A DNA stretch of 64,000 bases from Vicugna vicugna (taxonomy: Eukaryota): assembly GCA_013265495.1 (NCBI GenBank), contig MU061579.1:1609319-1673318 (forward strand), in the 5' to 3' direction. Of the stretch, positions 39,044 through 51,964 are shown one piece after another. Numbering within the stretch: the stretch's first letter is position 1; each line of letters opens with the position of its first letter. A model generated the notes under the pieces. It searched no databases. It was not told where the DNA came from and saw only the letters and a list, made by a program, of their open reading frames with translations. A program made the translations under genes and the position numbers.

Positions 39044-40681
39044 TAATAGGCTGCTTCTACAGACATTTCAGGGACTTATCATATAACACTTTTGGAATAG
39101 TGTCAGTGAGCTGATGGGTCAAACTTAACACCAGGGAATAATTTAGATTCCATAGAGCCAGGCACTTCATGAACAAATATTTACACTAACTTGCTGTTTA
39201 CTGCATCTTGATGCCCAAATATTTCCTTCAAGTTATGAACTTTTTTTTTAACTCTTCCAGATGCTTGAGCGTTCCAACAGGTGGTGCTGATTAGGTACGT
39301 AGAATGGGCATAGCTGAGGGTATGTGCTTTCTCCAGATCCACACAGTGCAAAGCAGCATCTGCCCTGGAGCGTCAAAGTCCTCTGCTCCCCAGTTGTGCA
39401 GCACTTTTCATTGTTTCCTTTAAAACAAGGAAGTGGTCACCTCGCTAATATGTTTGTTTGCTTCTTTAGAATGGAAGCTCTTCCAGGAGTTTCACTACTA
39501 ACTCCAAGAAGTAATGAACAAAACCCTAATTCCAAGTACTCCTGACTAATATTAATGAAAGAAATCTGTAAGTCAAACAACTTCAGATTATTCACCCCTG
39601 ATCCGTGCTTAAGAGCATGTTTGGTTAGAAAGGGGCCAGAAAACTAATTCCTCCAAGGAAGGGATGCTTTCTGCGAAGTTTGTTTCATACTGTGATTATG
39701 TATTTACATTGTACATATTCAAGTTGTCTTCAGGTTTCTTAGAGAAGGTGATGTTGTTGAAGGGCTGTGTTGGGAGAGAAAGATCAAAAACAGTCAGAAA
39801 TTTTAAAATGCCTTCATTGATTATATACTCAATGATTATTTCCAAACTTTATGGCCATTGTGACATTTTACTTGTTCATATGCCTCTAGATGGAGAGATC
39901 AGAAGAATAACAGTACCAGGATAGCACACTTTTGATACTTAAACACTCCGCTTCCCGTTTGCCAAGTTAAATTCAATCTGAAACAGTAAATTTATCCTAA
40001 GAAGTTTTCTGGTTCTGTTGAGGTGGGTCATTTGCTGTTGTCTATTAAGCTTAATTTTATCACAGGATTGTAGGCTCTTGGCAGCTTGTGTGTCAGGAGA
40101 TCACTACTCTATATTTCTTCTTTATTTTGCAGATCTGCATAAGGAATCAGCGTCAACTTCAGGGATCTGCATATCTTAAAAGTCTTGCTGTGCAGACAAG
40201 AGATACAGCACAGTGCAAGGCAGCATGTTTGTATTCTGATCTTGGGAAGGCAACCCATGTGTAAAAACCATTTGCCTTTCTGGAAAGTTACTATTGGTTC
40301 CTTTAGTTTAATACATTGTTGTAAAACTATTCTATTGAAAAGTAAGGTAGCATTCACTACTTAGAGCTAGATCAAAACATCAAGATCCACCTTTCAATTA
40401 GTAAAACGTCTTAAGTTTTTGTTCACAGTATTAAATAACCTGATTCATGAATATTAAGTTTTTATAATTATTTGTTGCAAATAGAAATGAACGACTGCCA
40501 ATGTTAACTTATGAAATTTACAACAGCCCTTTGGAAGAGGATTTAAATGGAAAATATTCTGTTTTAAAATACTTTATGAGAGTGTCATTATACATTCTTC
40601 CCATGTAATTGATTACTACTGAAATCTGATTTTTTGACTAAATAAGTGTAAGAATGTACTTTTAAAAAGTATTAAAGGATT

Positions 40682-40849
40682 TTGTATAGCACAGGAAGCT
40701 ATATTCAATATCTTATAATAACCTACAATGGAAAAAAATCTGAATAATAATATATATGTATAACCGAATAACTTTGCTGTACACCTGAAATTAACACAAC
40801 ATTGTGGATCACCTATAGTTCAATAAAAAAAATTAAAATTAAAAAAAAA
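40682..40849 (+). mobile_element. Short L1 3' end (older type)
   Basis: 'tatagcacaggaagctatattcaatatc...gctgtacacctgaaattaacacaacattgt...caataaaaaaaa'. Decayed TSD aaggattttgt / aagatttgt. Confidence 0.9.
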
Positions 40850-41091
40850 GATTTGTCATGATCAGTATATTTTATAGGTACACTCAGTATAATCATATAA
40901 ATGTGTGCGTGCATCTGAGGTTCTCTGAAAGAGAATTGGTGGGTTGAAGGCAATCGAGAGTAACTTTAGGTTGTGTTGCTAAAATAAGCATTTATGACTC
41001 TGAGGTACGTTTTTTGAACTCTTTCAATTTCAGCTAAAATAAAAGTCCATGCTAGAAAAGGAAAAGTGGAGTGAATAAATTCTTTTTTAAT

Positions 41092-41249
41092 GAGAAGTGG
41101 CATAATGGTGGCATAAGAGGAAAAACTCGGAGCTTTGTGTCAGAAGATCATGAATTAAATCCCATCTCAGCAACTACATGCATTTTTACCTGAGGCAAGT
41201 TATTTCACCTCTGCAAGCTCATTGACCTCCTGTGTGAAATGGGTTGTGC
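41092..41249 (+). mobile_element. MIR SINE
   Basis: 'aaatcccatctcagcaactac...cctgaggcaagttatttcacctctgcaagctca...ctgtgtgaaatggg'. Confidence 0.75.
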
Positions 41250-41670
41250 TGTAGGTTCCGACTTGCCTGGGCAGATCTACGCTCCACCCCTCTCCATCCT
41301 ACTCTGTGCCTCTCTGGAGGGTGATAATTACAGAATGAACCGACCAAAGATCCTGATCTTCTGAACTTTAATGAATAGGAAGCACCAATAGGATGGCAAT
41401 AATAGAAGTTTGATGTTTATGCCCTTGGTTCTTTCTGTGCCAGTCTGAAGACTGACAATGCTGATTTTTCTTTCTGGATGCCCCCTCCTACAGCTGCAGG
41501 TTTTACGAGGTGAGGGTAACCATTCCCTTCACTACCTTCAGGCCTAATGGTGACTATGAACTTGGTTCTTTCACTGTCTCTTGTAGGTTTGTCTTAAATC
41601 TAGCCCTACCAACTCAATTAAGCAATCATCACTTCCCCCCTTTACGCATTTACTTATCTGTTAGACCCAT
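41250..41670 (+). mobile_element. LTR33-like (ERVL) LTR
   Basis: 'agatctacgctccacccctctccatcctactctgtgcc...ggtaaccattcccttc...ttcaggcctaatggtg'. Confidence 0.7.
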
Positions 41671-42490
41671 ATTTATATGGAAGATAAAGAAAATATGAGC
41701 AATATGTGGTTGTTGTATGGATTTATTTTTGTAAGTATAAAACTGGGTAAGATGTATTAAATGTCAAAGAAACATTAGATAAAGTAATCTGGGTCTTATA
41801 CCTCCAAGTCTGCATTTGAAAAGCATGCCTCTTGAATCAATATCAGCAGAGCCTTCCTGATCCGAAGGAGCTGGTCTGCTTTCAGCATTTCAGCCTCCTG
41901 CTTCTGCCAGCCTGCACAGTTTTCTTAAGCCCCGTGGCTACTCTGAACAGTTGTTATCAAGGCACATGAGGTGTATTTTGTCCACTCCCGTGTTTTAGAT
42001 AGGTTCTTCTTCCCAACACTCAGGTTTTAAAGTCACTCTGCCTAAAATTCGGCGAGAATGCCAATTTTCTAAAATACCTGTCAGGAAAGTGACAATTGCA
42101 ATATCGTTAGAAAAAGAGGGATCGACATTGCTGACGAGATGACAATGCCTCAGTTGCTGGATAGCAAAGGTGACAAGAACCTGAAAATAGTTATGAATTC
42201 CTGACATTTTCCTACAAGGCAAAGGGATCTCATTTCACATCTTGTGAAAGTGATAGTCAATTCAAACAAATGATGCTTACAGATGTTCCACTCAGCTTAG
42301 AGACTTGATTAGGAAAAAGTAGCAAGTATGACATACTAAGTTCGAGTGTTGGAATAAGAGAGAACACCACCTTCCTTCAATCTGCCTGTACTGTGAACAG
42401 TATTAAAGTGGAAAGACCATCAAAGTACCAATCTAGATACATGGTCTTTAGTCATATCTCAATTCAAACTCAGTGAATGTCCTTGGGCTC

Positions 42491-43015
42491 TGTGATGGTT
42501 AATTTTATGTATCATCTTGACTGTGCTAAGGGATTGCTGGTGAAACATTAATTCTGGATGTGTCCATGGGAGTGTTTCCGGATGAAATTAGCATTTGAAT
42601 CAGTAGACTGAGTGAAAAAGATTGTCTTCATCAATTCAATCCACTGAGGGTTTGAATAAAACAGAAAGGCAAAGGAAGGGTGAATTAGCTGTCTTTACTT
42701 GAGCTGACACAATCCATCTTCTTCTGCTCTGGGACACTGGCATTTCTGTTTCTCTGGCCATTATCGTCACATCAGAACTTACACTATTGCTCCTCCTCAC
42801 CCCGTAATGGGACCTTTGGACTCCAACTTACACCCATTGGATCCAGGTTCTCAGGCCTTTGGATTTGGACTGAATTACAACACCTGCTTTCCTGGTTCTT
42901 CAGATTGCATATCTTGGGAATTCTTGGCCTCTGAAAATGTACAAGTTAACTCCTATAAATCTCCTTTAGCTACGTCTTACTGGTTCTGTTTATTTGAAGA
43001 ACACTGACTAATACA
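42491..43015 (+). mobile_element. MLT2 (ERVL) solo LTR, full length
   Basis: Canonical ends 'tgtgatggttaattttatgtatcatcttgactg' and 'tggttctgtttatttgaagaacactgactaataca'. Confidence 0.92.
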
Positions 43016-43134
43016 TACGGTTCTCCAAATAAACAAAACCCTCATTGGCACATTAGTTGTTAACTGCTAAGTCTCATTTGAGTAAAGTGTAAGATGAGAA
43101 TAAAAAAAATTACAGTCTTATCCACATTGTGCAT

Positions 43135-43295
43135 GAGATTGGTGGCAGAATTAAATCAGATGCATGCCTTTTTCAATTATGCTGTCTCACTGTAGACAAA
43201 TTGCCTGCCTTCGCTAGGATTCAGTTTATTTATCTATCAAATGAGGAGTGTGTACTGAGCAGGTCCTTGAAAGCTGTAATTTCTTTAAAAGGTTA
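43135..43295 (+). mobile_element. MIR-family fragment
   Basis: 'gacaaattgcctgccttcgctaggattcagtttatttatctatcaaatgagg'. Confidence 0.55.
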
Positions 43296-43564
43296 CAGTG
43301 AGCTTAACTTAAATGTAAGGTAGATTTTCTTTTTTTTTTTTTTTTGGTTTAAAAGTACGTCATCTCAGAAGCTTAGAAAATTACAATTACTGAAATAAAA
43401 ATTTATATTCAATAAAATTGAACAATTGATTCTAGTAGTAACCCATGTAAAAGAACGTTTTTCTTAGTTATATATGCATTACTGTGGGTTACTACTGGAA
43501 TTAATTTTTTGATTTTATTGAATACACAAACACACAAACACACACACACACACATTTAGTTTTT

Positions 43565-44420
43565 AACCGTCAACCAATACCATAATTAATGGTGAACCAC
43601 ATAATAGAGTTATCCCACCTGAAATTAGGAACAGAGCTAGGATTGCTGTTTCAATATTATCTATTAATATTGTTCCAGATGTTTTAGCCAATACAGTAAA
43701 TATGAAACCTAAATGAGTAACTTTATGACTGAGGGGGTCACAAATACTATTTTGTGATATTTTATTCCAAATATCAAATAACACAAACTAAAAGAAAAAC
43801 ATAACAAATCAAGAAATAAAATGAAAACATAAGTAGAAATGATGTCACAGTTTTCACATCATGGGTAAGTCCAAAATTTTCACATATATACATATATCTT
43901 TGTTTTTATACCAGAGGTAACTGGTACAAAAAAAAAGGATCAATAAAAATTTGTATAACCTAGAAATAATTCTTAATGTTAAAATAGATAAATTAAATAT
44001 TAAGATTAAAAATCAATCATTAAAAAATGGGGACAAAGACAGAGTAATATTTCTTCAATTTTAGATGAAAAAAGTAGTTCTGAAACTCTAGTGAAAATGG
44101 AAGAAACCATTTAATTTGAGAAGTGATGGATCTGGCTACGTAGAATTTTGAAATGCCAGAAACTAATGATAAACTATGAAAATGTGAATTCTTTAAACAT
44201 TTATTGCCAACACATAAATTCTGCACAATGAAAAGGCCATTCTATTTATTCATTTTTTTTTAATATAACAAATGTCTAGAAAAGGCAAACACTCCCAATT
44301 AAACAGGAGAAATGTTCACACATGTACAGACTTAAATGGTCAATAAATACAAGTATGAAACTTAGTAATAAATCATTTGAAAAAAGAATAACCAAGAATA
44401 AATATATTTTTATCACATAG
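43565..44420 (+). mobile_element. Ancient L1M ORF2 fragments
   Basis: 'cataattaatggtgaa...ctgaaattaggaacagagctaggat...attgttccagatgttttagccaatacagtaa' is a decayed RT-region segment. Confidence 0.65.
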
Positions 44421-45214
44421 AAAAGATTACAGAAAAAGATGATATAAATTTTAATTATATGCTATAAAAGTATCATTAAATTATATATAATATTATTATA
44501 TTTTTAAATGACAGTAAAGGAAAGAACTGTGGACGTTTAATTTCTATGTAACATATTTAAGACTTTAAGCAGGATGGAATTTTTAAGTTAATTTGAGAGA
44601 AATTAATATCTTCATAATATATAATTTTAAAATCTGAAACAGTCCCTCTCCAGTTCTTCAGTATGCCTTTCACTATTCATGTAAGTTGGGTAGTCTGACC
44701 TCTGAGTTTATGACCCTGGATCTGAGATGTGTATCATCCAGCAGAACCAGTTTTAAAAGTATATGATGAAATAGTTTCCAGGAGATGTACCCAAATTGTA
44801 AAACAGCTGGAAAGATTAAATATTAGAGGAACAATTCGGCAGTGAATGTAGTGCGACCACCCCCACTGCAGGATGGAGCACACTTGGATGCCTAAAGGAA
44901 ATACGCATTCAGAGTATTATCGCACACTTCCTGATTTCAAAATGGTCAGTCTTTAAAAAAAAAAAATGCATGTGTAACTAAGAAAAATCCGTAAGTCATA
45001 CCTGTGGGCAAGCCCATCTTACCAGGAATACTTTTACCCTTTTCATGAAAATGTTTAAAACAGGAGATCAATGTGTATTGTGTCCACTTTGGAGTTTGCC
45101 TCCCAATTTACTAAATATTTTCCTAAACTATATTTACTTTAGATTATTCTAGTGGCAGGCATATTTCCATATAATTTATATTAAAAATGAAATGAAACAA
45201 TAAAAAATGGTATC

Positions 45215-45425
45215 ATTTTGAAGCGCCTCTGAATGCTCTTCTACCATTTGAGAAAGACTTAACTCCATTTAGTCTCACAATAAATCCATTAAGTAGATGC
45301 ATTTTCCACTTTATATTATAGATGGGTTACACTGTCCAAGTTTAAAGAGCTAGGAAGTTGTGATCTGTAATTCAAATACACATATTCTGTTCCAAAGCCC
45401 CCTTCAAACCACTGCTCTACATTGC
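45215..45425 (-). mobile_element. MIR SINE
   Basis: 'catttagtctcacaataaatccattaagtagatgcatt...tgtccaagttt...gtgatctgtaattcaaatac'. Confidence 0.6.
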
Positions 45426-45769
45426 TATCCAAATATAATACTTGAGTTATTAATGATCGCAGTGATAATACTTGTGCACACACACACACACATACTCATA
45501 GCTTATTTTTCTTCAAATTTCTCTTTTCTTTCTTTCCTAAAGGATTTTCCACTTCTCTTCCCATTTATGGATACCCAGATATGTTCATGTTCTCCCGACT
45601 TTACCTAAGGCTACTTTATATTAGTATTGAAATAATAAGATAAATAATACATGAAAACAATCAACAGAATGAATATATAAGATAAAATTTAAGTAATAAA
45701 ACAAATACTTTTGAACTTTTCACCCAACAGGAATTATATTCATATTTTCTAATCTGTCCAGCTACCTCC

Positions 45770-46925
45770 CACTATTATACAAATAACTCATCAAAGAATT
45801 GCATATTTTTGCATTGTACAATAAATATATGATATTCACATATATTCCTAAAATATATACCCTCATTTTGCTAGTCAATAAATTAGAGCTTCATAAAATA
45901 CAGTATCATATTCTAGTCGCTATCATGTTTCTGAGATTCATTCATGTTGCTTCACGGTTCTTTCTTTTCACTTCTGTGTACTATTCCATTAGGCCAGGAA
46001 TTAGCAAGTTTTTCTGTAAATAGGCAGAAAATAAATTGTTTGGCTTTATAGGCATATGGTCTCTGTTGCAACTACCCACTCTGCTGTCATACAGAAAAAA
46101 CATCTTAACCCAATTTATAAACCAATGAGTGTGGCTGTGTTCCAAAAAAACGCCATTTACTAAAATAGGAGGCTTGCCTGCTTTGGCTTGTGGTCCATAG
46201 TTTGCAAATTCCTACATTGCATGAATATGGCCAAATGTAGTTATCCCTCCTCCTGCCTGTAGATACTTCTGTTGTTTCTAGTTAGCTATTATGAATGATT
46301 CTTGCTATGAACATTTTAGCATAAGTTTCCTGGCACATATGTGTATGCTTAGAAATGCAATTCCTAGATTTTAGTCATGCATATTTGTCAGGATAAAGCC
46401 ATATTTTTTCTCAGAGTGATTTTTAGTAATTTTCCATATCACTAGAGTGTATAAAAGTCCCTGTTGATCCCCACCCTTGCCAAAATGTGGTATTGTCAGA
46501 TTTCTTCATTCGCTCCTGTCTAGTGAATATAAAATTGTATCATATTGTGGTGTGAATATTCATTTCCATGAATGAATAGCTCATATTTTTATTTATTTGT
46601 AGACATTTTTTTCTTTAAAATAATTATAGATGTCCTTTGACTGTTTTTGTACTTGATTTTTCTATTTTTCCCACTGAATAAAAATATTATAGAAGTAATT
46701 CCTTTCCCAGTTATGTTTCAAATATCTTGTTTTGGGTTGTGGCTTATCTTTTTATTTTCCATATAACTTATTTCCATAAGCAGCTCCTGGTATTTCAGTT
46801 TATCCAGGCAATGTCTTTTGTATTTTCATTGTATACTTTGTGAAAACACAGCTGTTAAGGTAGTCATTACTGGCTTCAAATTTGCTTTAAATCTTTAATC
46901 CATCTGGAATTATCGTTTCCAAAAA
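45770..46925 (-). mobile_element. Ancient L1ME-like element interrupted by MER58A
   Basis: 'atgtttctgagattcattcatgttgc...ctattccatt' continues after the MITE as 'cattgcatgaatat...gctatgaacatt...ccttgccaaaatgtggtattgtcagattt'. Confidence 0.75.
45995..46214 (+). mobile_element. MER58A (hAT-Charlie MITE)
   Basis: 'caggaattagcaagtttttctgtaaa...atggtctctgttgcaactac...gtgtggctgtgttccaa...ccatagtttgcaaattccta'; TIRs present, about 220 bp. Confidence 0.88.
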
Positions 46926-47404
46926 TAAGTAGTTTTCTTTGTTAAACTGAAGTTTCATCTTTTCTGTTTCATGTATTATTGGTTTTATTTTCATTATCTT
47001 CTGTTCTCTACTCTTAGTCTATTGCTATTTCTAACTTCTTATTTTTTTAATATAAGATTTAAGGCTTCTTCAGATTTCAGTTTCAAGTTGGCTCAGGTCA
47101 GTCTGAGTCCTCAAAAAACATGGGCCTTGACTTTTTACTTAATTGGATCCCCTTTTTATATATGCCCATGTTTACTTTCAAAGTAATATGAAAATTCTTT
47201 TTTAACATATTTATCAATACATAAAATTTTGTGCTATGTAAGAGGGGTTTCTATATACAACATCTTGGATGGAGTTTGCACCATAATTTCAAGAGAAATT
47301 ATTTGAAAAAATAAACTTTAGTACTGTTCATTTTACCCTAGCTCTCTCAGAATCTTTGATAATATTCCACAACACCAAAGAAATATCGGACATTTGTACC
47401 TATG

Positions 47405-48508
47405 TGTGACACTCTGAATGTCTGCATTCTCCTCAAACTTGTACATTGAAACCTTACTCCTCAATGTGATGATAGTAAGAGGTGGGGTCTTCAGAAGGTA
47501 ATTAGATTTAAATCAGGTCATAAGGTGGAAACTTAATGATGGTGTTTGTGTCCTACACTCCCTCACACCATACATAAAAATAAACTCTGAATGGCTTAAA
47601 GACTTAAACAGAAGACAAGATACAATAAATCTCCTAGAAGAAAACATAGGCAAAACATTCTCTGACATAAATCCAAGCAATGTTTTCCTAGGGAAAGCTA
47701 TGCAGGCAATAGAAATAAAAGCAGAAATTAACAAATGGGACCTAATTAAACTTACAAGCTTTTACACAACAAAGCAAACCATAAGCAAAACAAAACGACA
47801 GCCTACAGAATGGGAGAAAATATTTGTAAATGATGCGACTAGCAAAGGTTTAATTTCCAGAATATATAAATAGCTCACACAACTTAATGAGAAAAAAACA
47901 AACAACCCAATCCAAAAATGGGCAGAAGACCTAAACAAACAATTCTCTAATGAAGACATACAAATGGCCAATAGGCACATGAAAAAATGCTCAATATTGG
48001 TAATTATCAGAAAAATGTAAATCAAATGAGGTATCACCTCATACCAGTCAGAATAGCCATCATTCAAAAAATGCTGGAGAGGCTGTGGAGAAAGGGGAAC
48101 CCTCCTACACTGTTGGTGGTAATGTAGTTTGATGCAACCATTAAGGAAAACAGTTTGGAGATTCCTCAAAAACCTAAACCTAGACTTACCATATGATCCA
48201 GCAATCCCACTCCTGGGCATATATCTGGAGAGAATACTAATTCAAAAAGATACATGCACCCCAATGTTCATAGCAGCACTATTTACAATAGCCAAGACAT
48301 GGAAACAACCTAAATGTCCATCAACAGATGAATGGATAAAGCAGCTGTGGTATATTTATACAATGGAATACTACTCAGCAATAAAAAAGAATAAAATAAT
48401 GCCATTTGTAGCAACATGGATTCACCTAGAGATCATCCTTCTAACTGAAGTAAGCCAGAAAGAGAAAGAAAAAATGCTATGATATTACTCATGTGTTATC
48501 TAAAAAAT

Positions 48509-48539
<31 letters not shown>

Positions 48540-49090
48540 GACACTAATGAATTCATCTATGGAGTAGAAACAGACTCGCAGACATAGTAAACAATCTTGT
48601 GGTTTCCAGGGGAAGGGGGATGATAAGAGATAAATTTGGGAGTTTGAGATTTGCAAATGTTAGCCACTGTATATAAAAATAGATTTTAAAAAATTCCTCT
48701 CTATAGCACTGGGAACTATATTCAATACCTTATAATAACCTTTAATGAAAAAGAATATGAAAATAAATACATGTATGTATGTGCATGACTTTGACATTGT
48801 GCTGTACACCAGAGGCTGACACATTGTAGCTGACTATACTTCAATTAAAAAAAAAAAAAAGAGGAAGCGATACCAGGGCTCCCTTTCTCTGCTATGTGAG
48901 GATACAGTGAGAGAGCAGTTGTGTGTAAGCTGGAAAGAGGATACTCGCCAACAACAAATCTGTATACATCTTGATTCTGAACTTCCCAGCCTCCATAACT
49001 GTGAGAAATAAGTTTCTGTTGTTTAAGCCACTCAGCCTTATGTTTTGTTTTGTTTTGTTTTTTATCATAAAAGCCCAAGCTAAGAAACCA
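47405..49090 (+). mobile_element. MaLR LTR (MLT1A/B-like) split by L1 (halves ~47405-47553 and 48861-49090)
   Basis: 5' half 'ttgaaaccttactcctcaatgtgatgatagtaagaggtggggtc'; 3' half 'tgtgaggatacagtgag...acttcccagcctccataactgtgagaaataagtttctgttgtttaagccac'. Confidence 0.85.
47554..48860 (+). mobile_element. Camelid-type L1, 5'-truncated 1.3 kb (ORF2 C-terminus, 3'UTR, poly-A)
   Basis: ORF 48129-48482 '[24 protein letters not shown]...CTPMFIAALFTIAKTWKQPKCPSTDEWIK..WYIYTMEYY' is the L1 ORF2 C-terminus. Upstream stops and deletions; A-tail at 48847-48860. Confidence 0.97.
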
Positions 49091-51022
49091 GACATTTTCG
49101 TGTGGGAACGTTTCTACTCTCATTGATGATAGACTTGATCCCCTAAAAGCCCCTGTGGGTGACCAATGTCAGAACTTCTGTACATAATATGAGCTCACTG
49201 GATTCAAGATAATTTTAAAAAATGCATCTTATATACCAACAATTACAGTACATATACACATATGTTGTTACTATTATTTATTGATGATTAAAGACAAATT
49301 TGCTCTGGAGAAAAATATTTCCTTCTTTCAGTAACTTAGCAGATCTGAGCCTAAAACAGAACAGACTAATTTTACCAATTGGTTTTCAGAGGCCTTCCCT
49401 TTCTTACAGGGACAATCCTCCAACCAGAGTGCATCTTTTGTTGCATAGTCACATAGCTCCCCGTCCACCATCAATACAGAAACTCGACTTGGTCATGGTC
49501 TACATCTGTCAATAGTCTTTGCCCAGCCTAAACTGTGATAGGCTGAGAATTTGGGTGATTGTGCCCACTCTGGTTTTTTTGCTTATCAGTTTTTTCAGAA
49601 TATATGTGGTTTGCATAACACATGCAAGAAGAAAACATTTAATGGCATAGATAAATCTTTAAAATATGTCATACGTGGTAGCTTAATTTAAAATATAATA
49701 CACTGATGCACATGGATGCAGATAAATATTTATATCTGGATAATTCCATATCAAATGTTAAAAGTGGTTTTTTTGTGTGATTTTGTGTATTTTCCAAATA
49801 TTTCTCTGATTGAAAACTTAGTGCTTTATCTATAATAAAAATAAACAAGTATGTGCATTTTATAACAAATTATATAGTCAAATAGGCCCAATTTAGTATT
49901 CTACCTTCTCAAAGTCAACTCTTCATAAGTGATTGGATTCTAGAAGTTTCAAATATTTTGCTAGTAGGAAGATACGTGTCATAACTCTTAAATATCCTAG
50001 TGGATATTTTTATTGGCTCAGGACTGACCATTTCAGAACCTGAGGACGTTTGGCATCTCAGGGTTTCCCTCAAGAGAATGACATAAGAGCTTATTGACAT
50101 ATATTTTCAAATATTTCCTGGTGGTCAGTTATGTCCCATCCAAACTGCATCAGTGAGTCACATTTTACAAGGAGTCTGTAGACAAACAAGTGCAATACTT
50201 TTTGAAATATCTTACCATTTTTTTTATGTTCTCATCACCATAATATCACTGATGTTCACTCAATAAAATAGGAAAGGGACCTTGAAATGTTGCAGTGTTT
50301 AGCCTGCCTTAATACTCTGTGATCAACTTTGCCATATCACAATTTGCAGACCTCTAAGTAGGTCATATCTCTAAATAATTTCTTGATATGCCCCTGACAA
50401 GCACTGCCACTGTTAAATTACATAAATTTTCTGTAACATAGAGAAAATATACATTTAAAAAACTTTTCCCATGTATTCACTTTCTCTCAAGAGCCCATAT
50501 ATGACTGCAGTCAAAAATGTGTTTAGATTGGAGCTAAGATATCCTAAGGCATTTAACTGAGATGAGAAGAAACATTGTCTCGATGTGATTGATACTACAT
50601 AAGCCCATGTTTCTTAAGATACCCTATTTATAGGAAAATAAATTCACTGTATATAAAACTATGGTTTAAGTGTATGGGCAGAGGCAGGGATGGTAGTTGC
50701 CACAAATTGGAGCAGCCATTTTCATTTTTTAACCTGTTCTAAAATTCTAAAATCAAGACTTTGATTTGTTTTGGTCTGCAAGCATGTCTCCCCTCCAAAG
50801 TAATAACTGTAACATAATCACCACAGCTCTAGATCTAGACATATGAAGTGTTCACTGTAGTACTGCAAAGTATTTTATGTATTAATTAATATGTAGAAAA
50901 ATATTACTTTTTGAGTACTATTAAATTAAGGTATAATAAATAATAATTTTAGTAAGTGGTGGGAGTTTGTTACTAATATGATAGTGATTTAACTTGGAAT
51001 CAATCATTTAGACATTTCACAC

Positions 51023-51288
51023 TGTAATAGGGAAGAACAAACAAATCTGACTTCATATTAGATCTGTTTCTCTAACTTTTGTGTTTTATTGCCTTTGCTA
51101 CAAGTTAATCATTCAAGGGATGTTGTCTATAGCTTAAAGTATACATAATGGGCCATCTCTGGGAACCCTGCCTCCCATGCCTGAGCATTAAGCTAAAATA
51201 GCTTTGTTTAGCTCACAGGAAACATCTTGACCTGACCCACCTGTAAATGGCTGTAGAAGGAAGAAATTAACACATCCCCTCTGGAGTC
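51023..51288 (+). mobile_element. ERV1-class LTR, 5' portion only
   Basis: Starts 'tgtaatagggaagaacaa...atctgacttcatattagatctgtttc'; later 'ctgggaaccctgcctccc...cacaggaaacatcttgacc'. Confidence 0.65.
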
Positions 51289-51400
51289 AGTTCAGAGCAT
51301 GATGCTAAATATTTTCTTAAATGTTTTTAAGAAAATCATGGAGATTTTGATAGATTAAATGTTGAGCTTGAAATAACAAGATTCAAAAATTGACTCCTTG

Positions 51401-51923
51401 GTTACTGGATAAAGAAGCTGTGGTATGTATGTGTGTAGATGGAATGGAATGGAATACTGCTAAGCCATAAAAAGAATAAGATAATGCCATTTGCAGCAAC
51501 ATGAATGGACCTGGAGATCATTCTAAGTGAAGTAAGCCAGAAAGGAAAGGAAAAAATCATATGATATTACTTACATGTGGAATCTAAAGAAAAAATAACA
51601 AATTTGTTTACAAAACAGAAACATACATAGTAAACAATCTTATGCTTACCAGGAGGAAAGAGAATGGGAAGGAATAAACTGGGAGTTTAAGCTTTGCAAA
51701 TATGATCTAGTATCTATAAAATTGATAAACAAGTTTCTACGGTATAGCACAGGGAACAATATTCAATATCTTGCTGTAACCTATAATGAAAAAGAATGTG
51801 AAAACAAATATATGTTTGTATATATATGACTGAAACATTATGCTGTACACCAGAAATTGACACATTGTGAACTGACTACACTTCAATAAAACAAGAACCG
51901 CCCCCCCCAAAAAAGACCCCAAC
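51401..51923 (+). mobile_element. Camelid-type L1 3' end with a perfect 15-bp TSD
   Basis: Colinear with 48330-48860. TSD aaaattgactccttg at 51386-51400 and 51924-51938. Confidence 0.95.
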
Positions 51924-51964
51924 AAAATTGACTCCTTGCAATTTGATGGAAGCCCAAAACCTAC

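Noticed and set aside
48129..48482. 117-aa ORF, and the antisense 152-aa ORF 47762-48220, as host genes
   Set aside because: They are the L1 ORF2 C-terminus and its antisense shadow inside a truncated, mutated L1.
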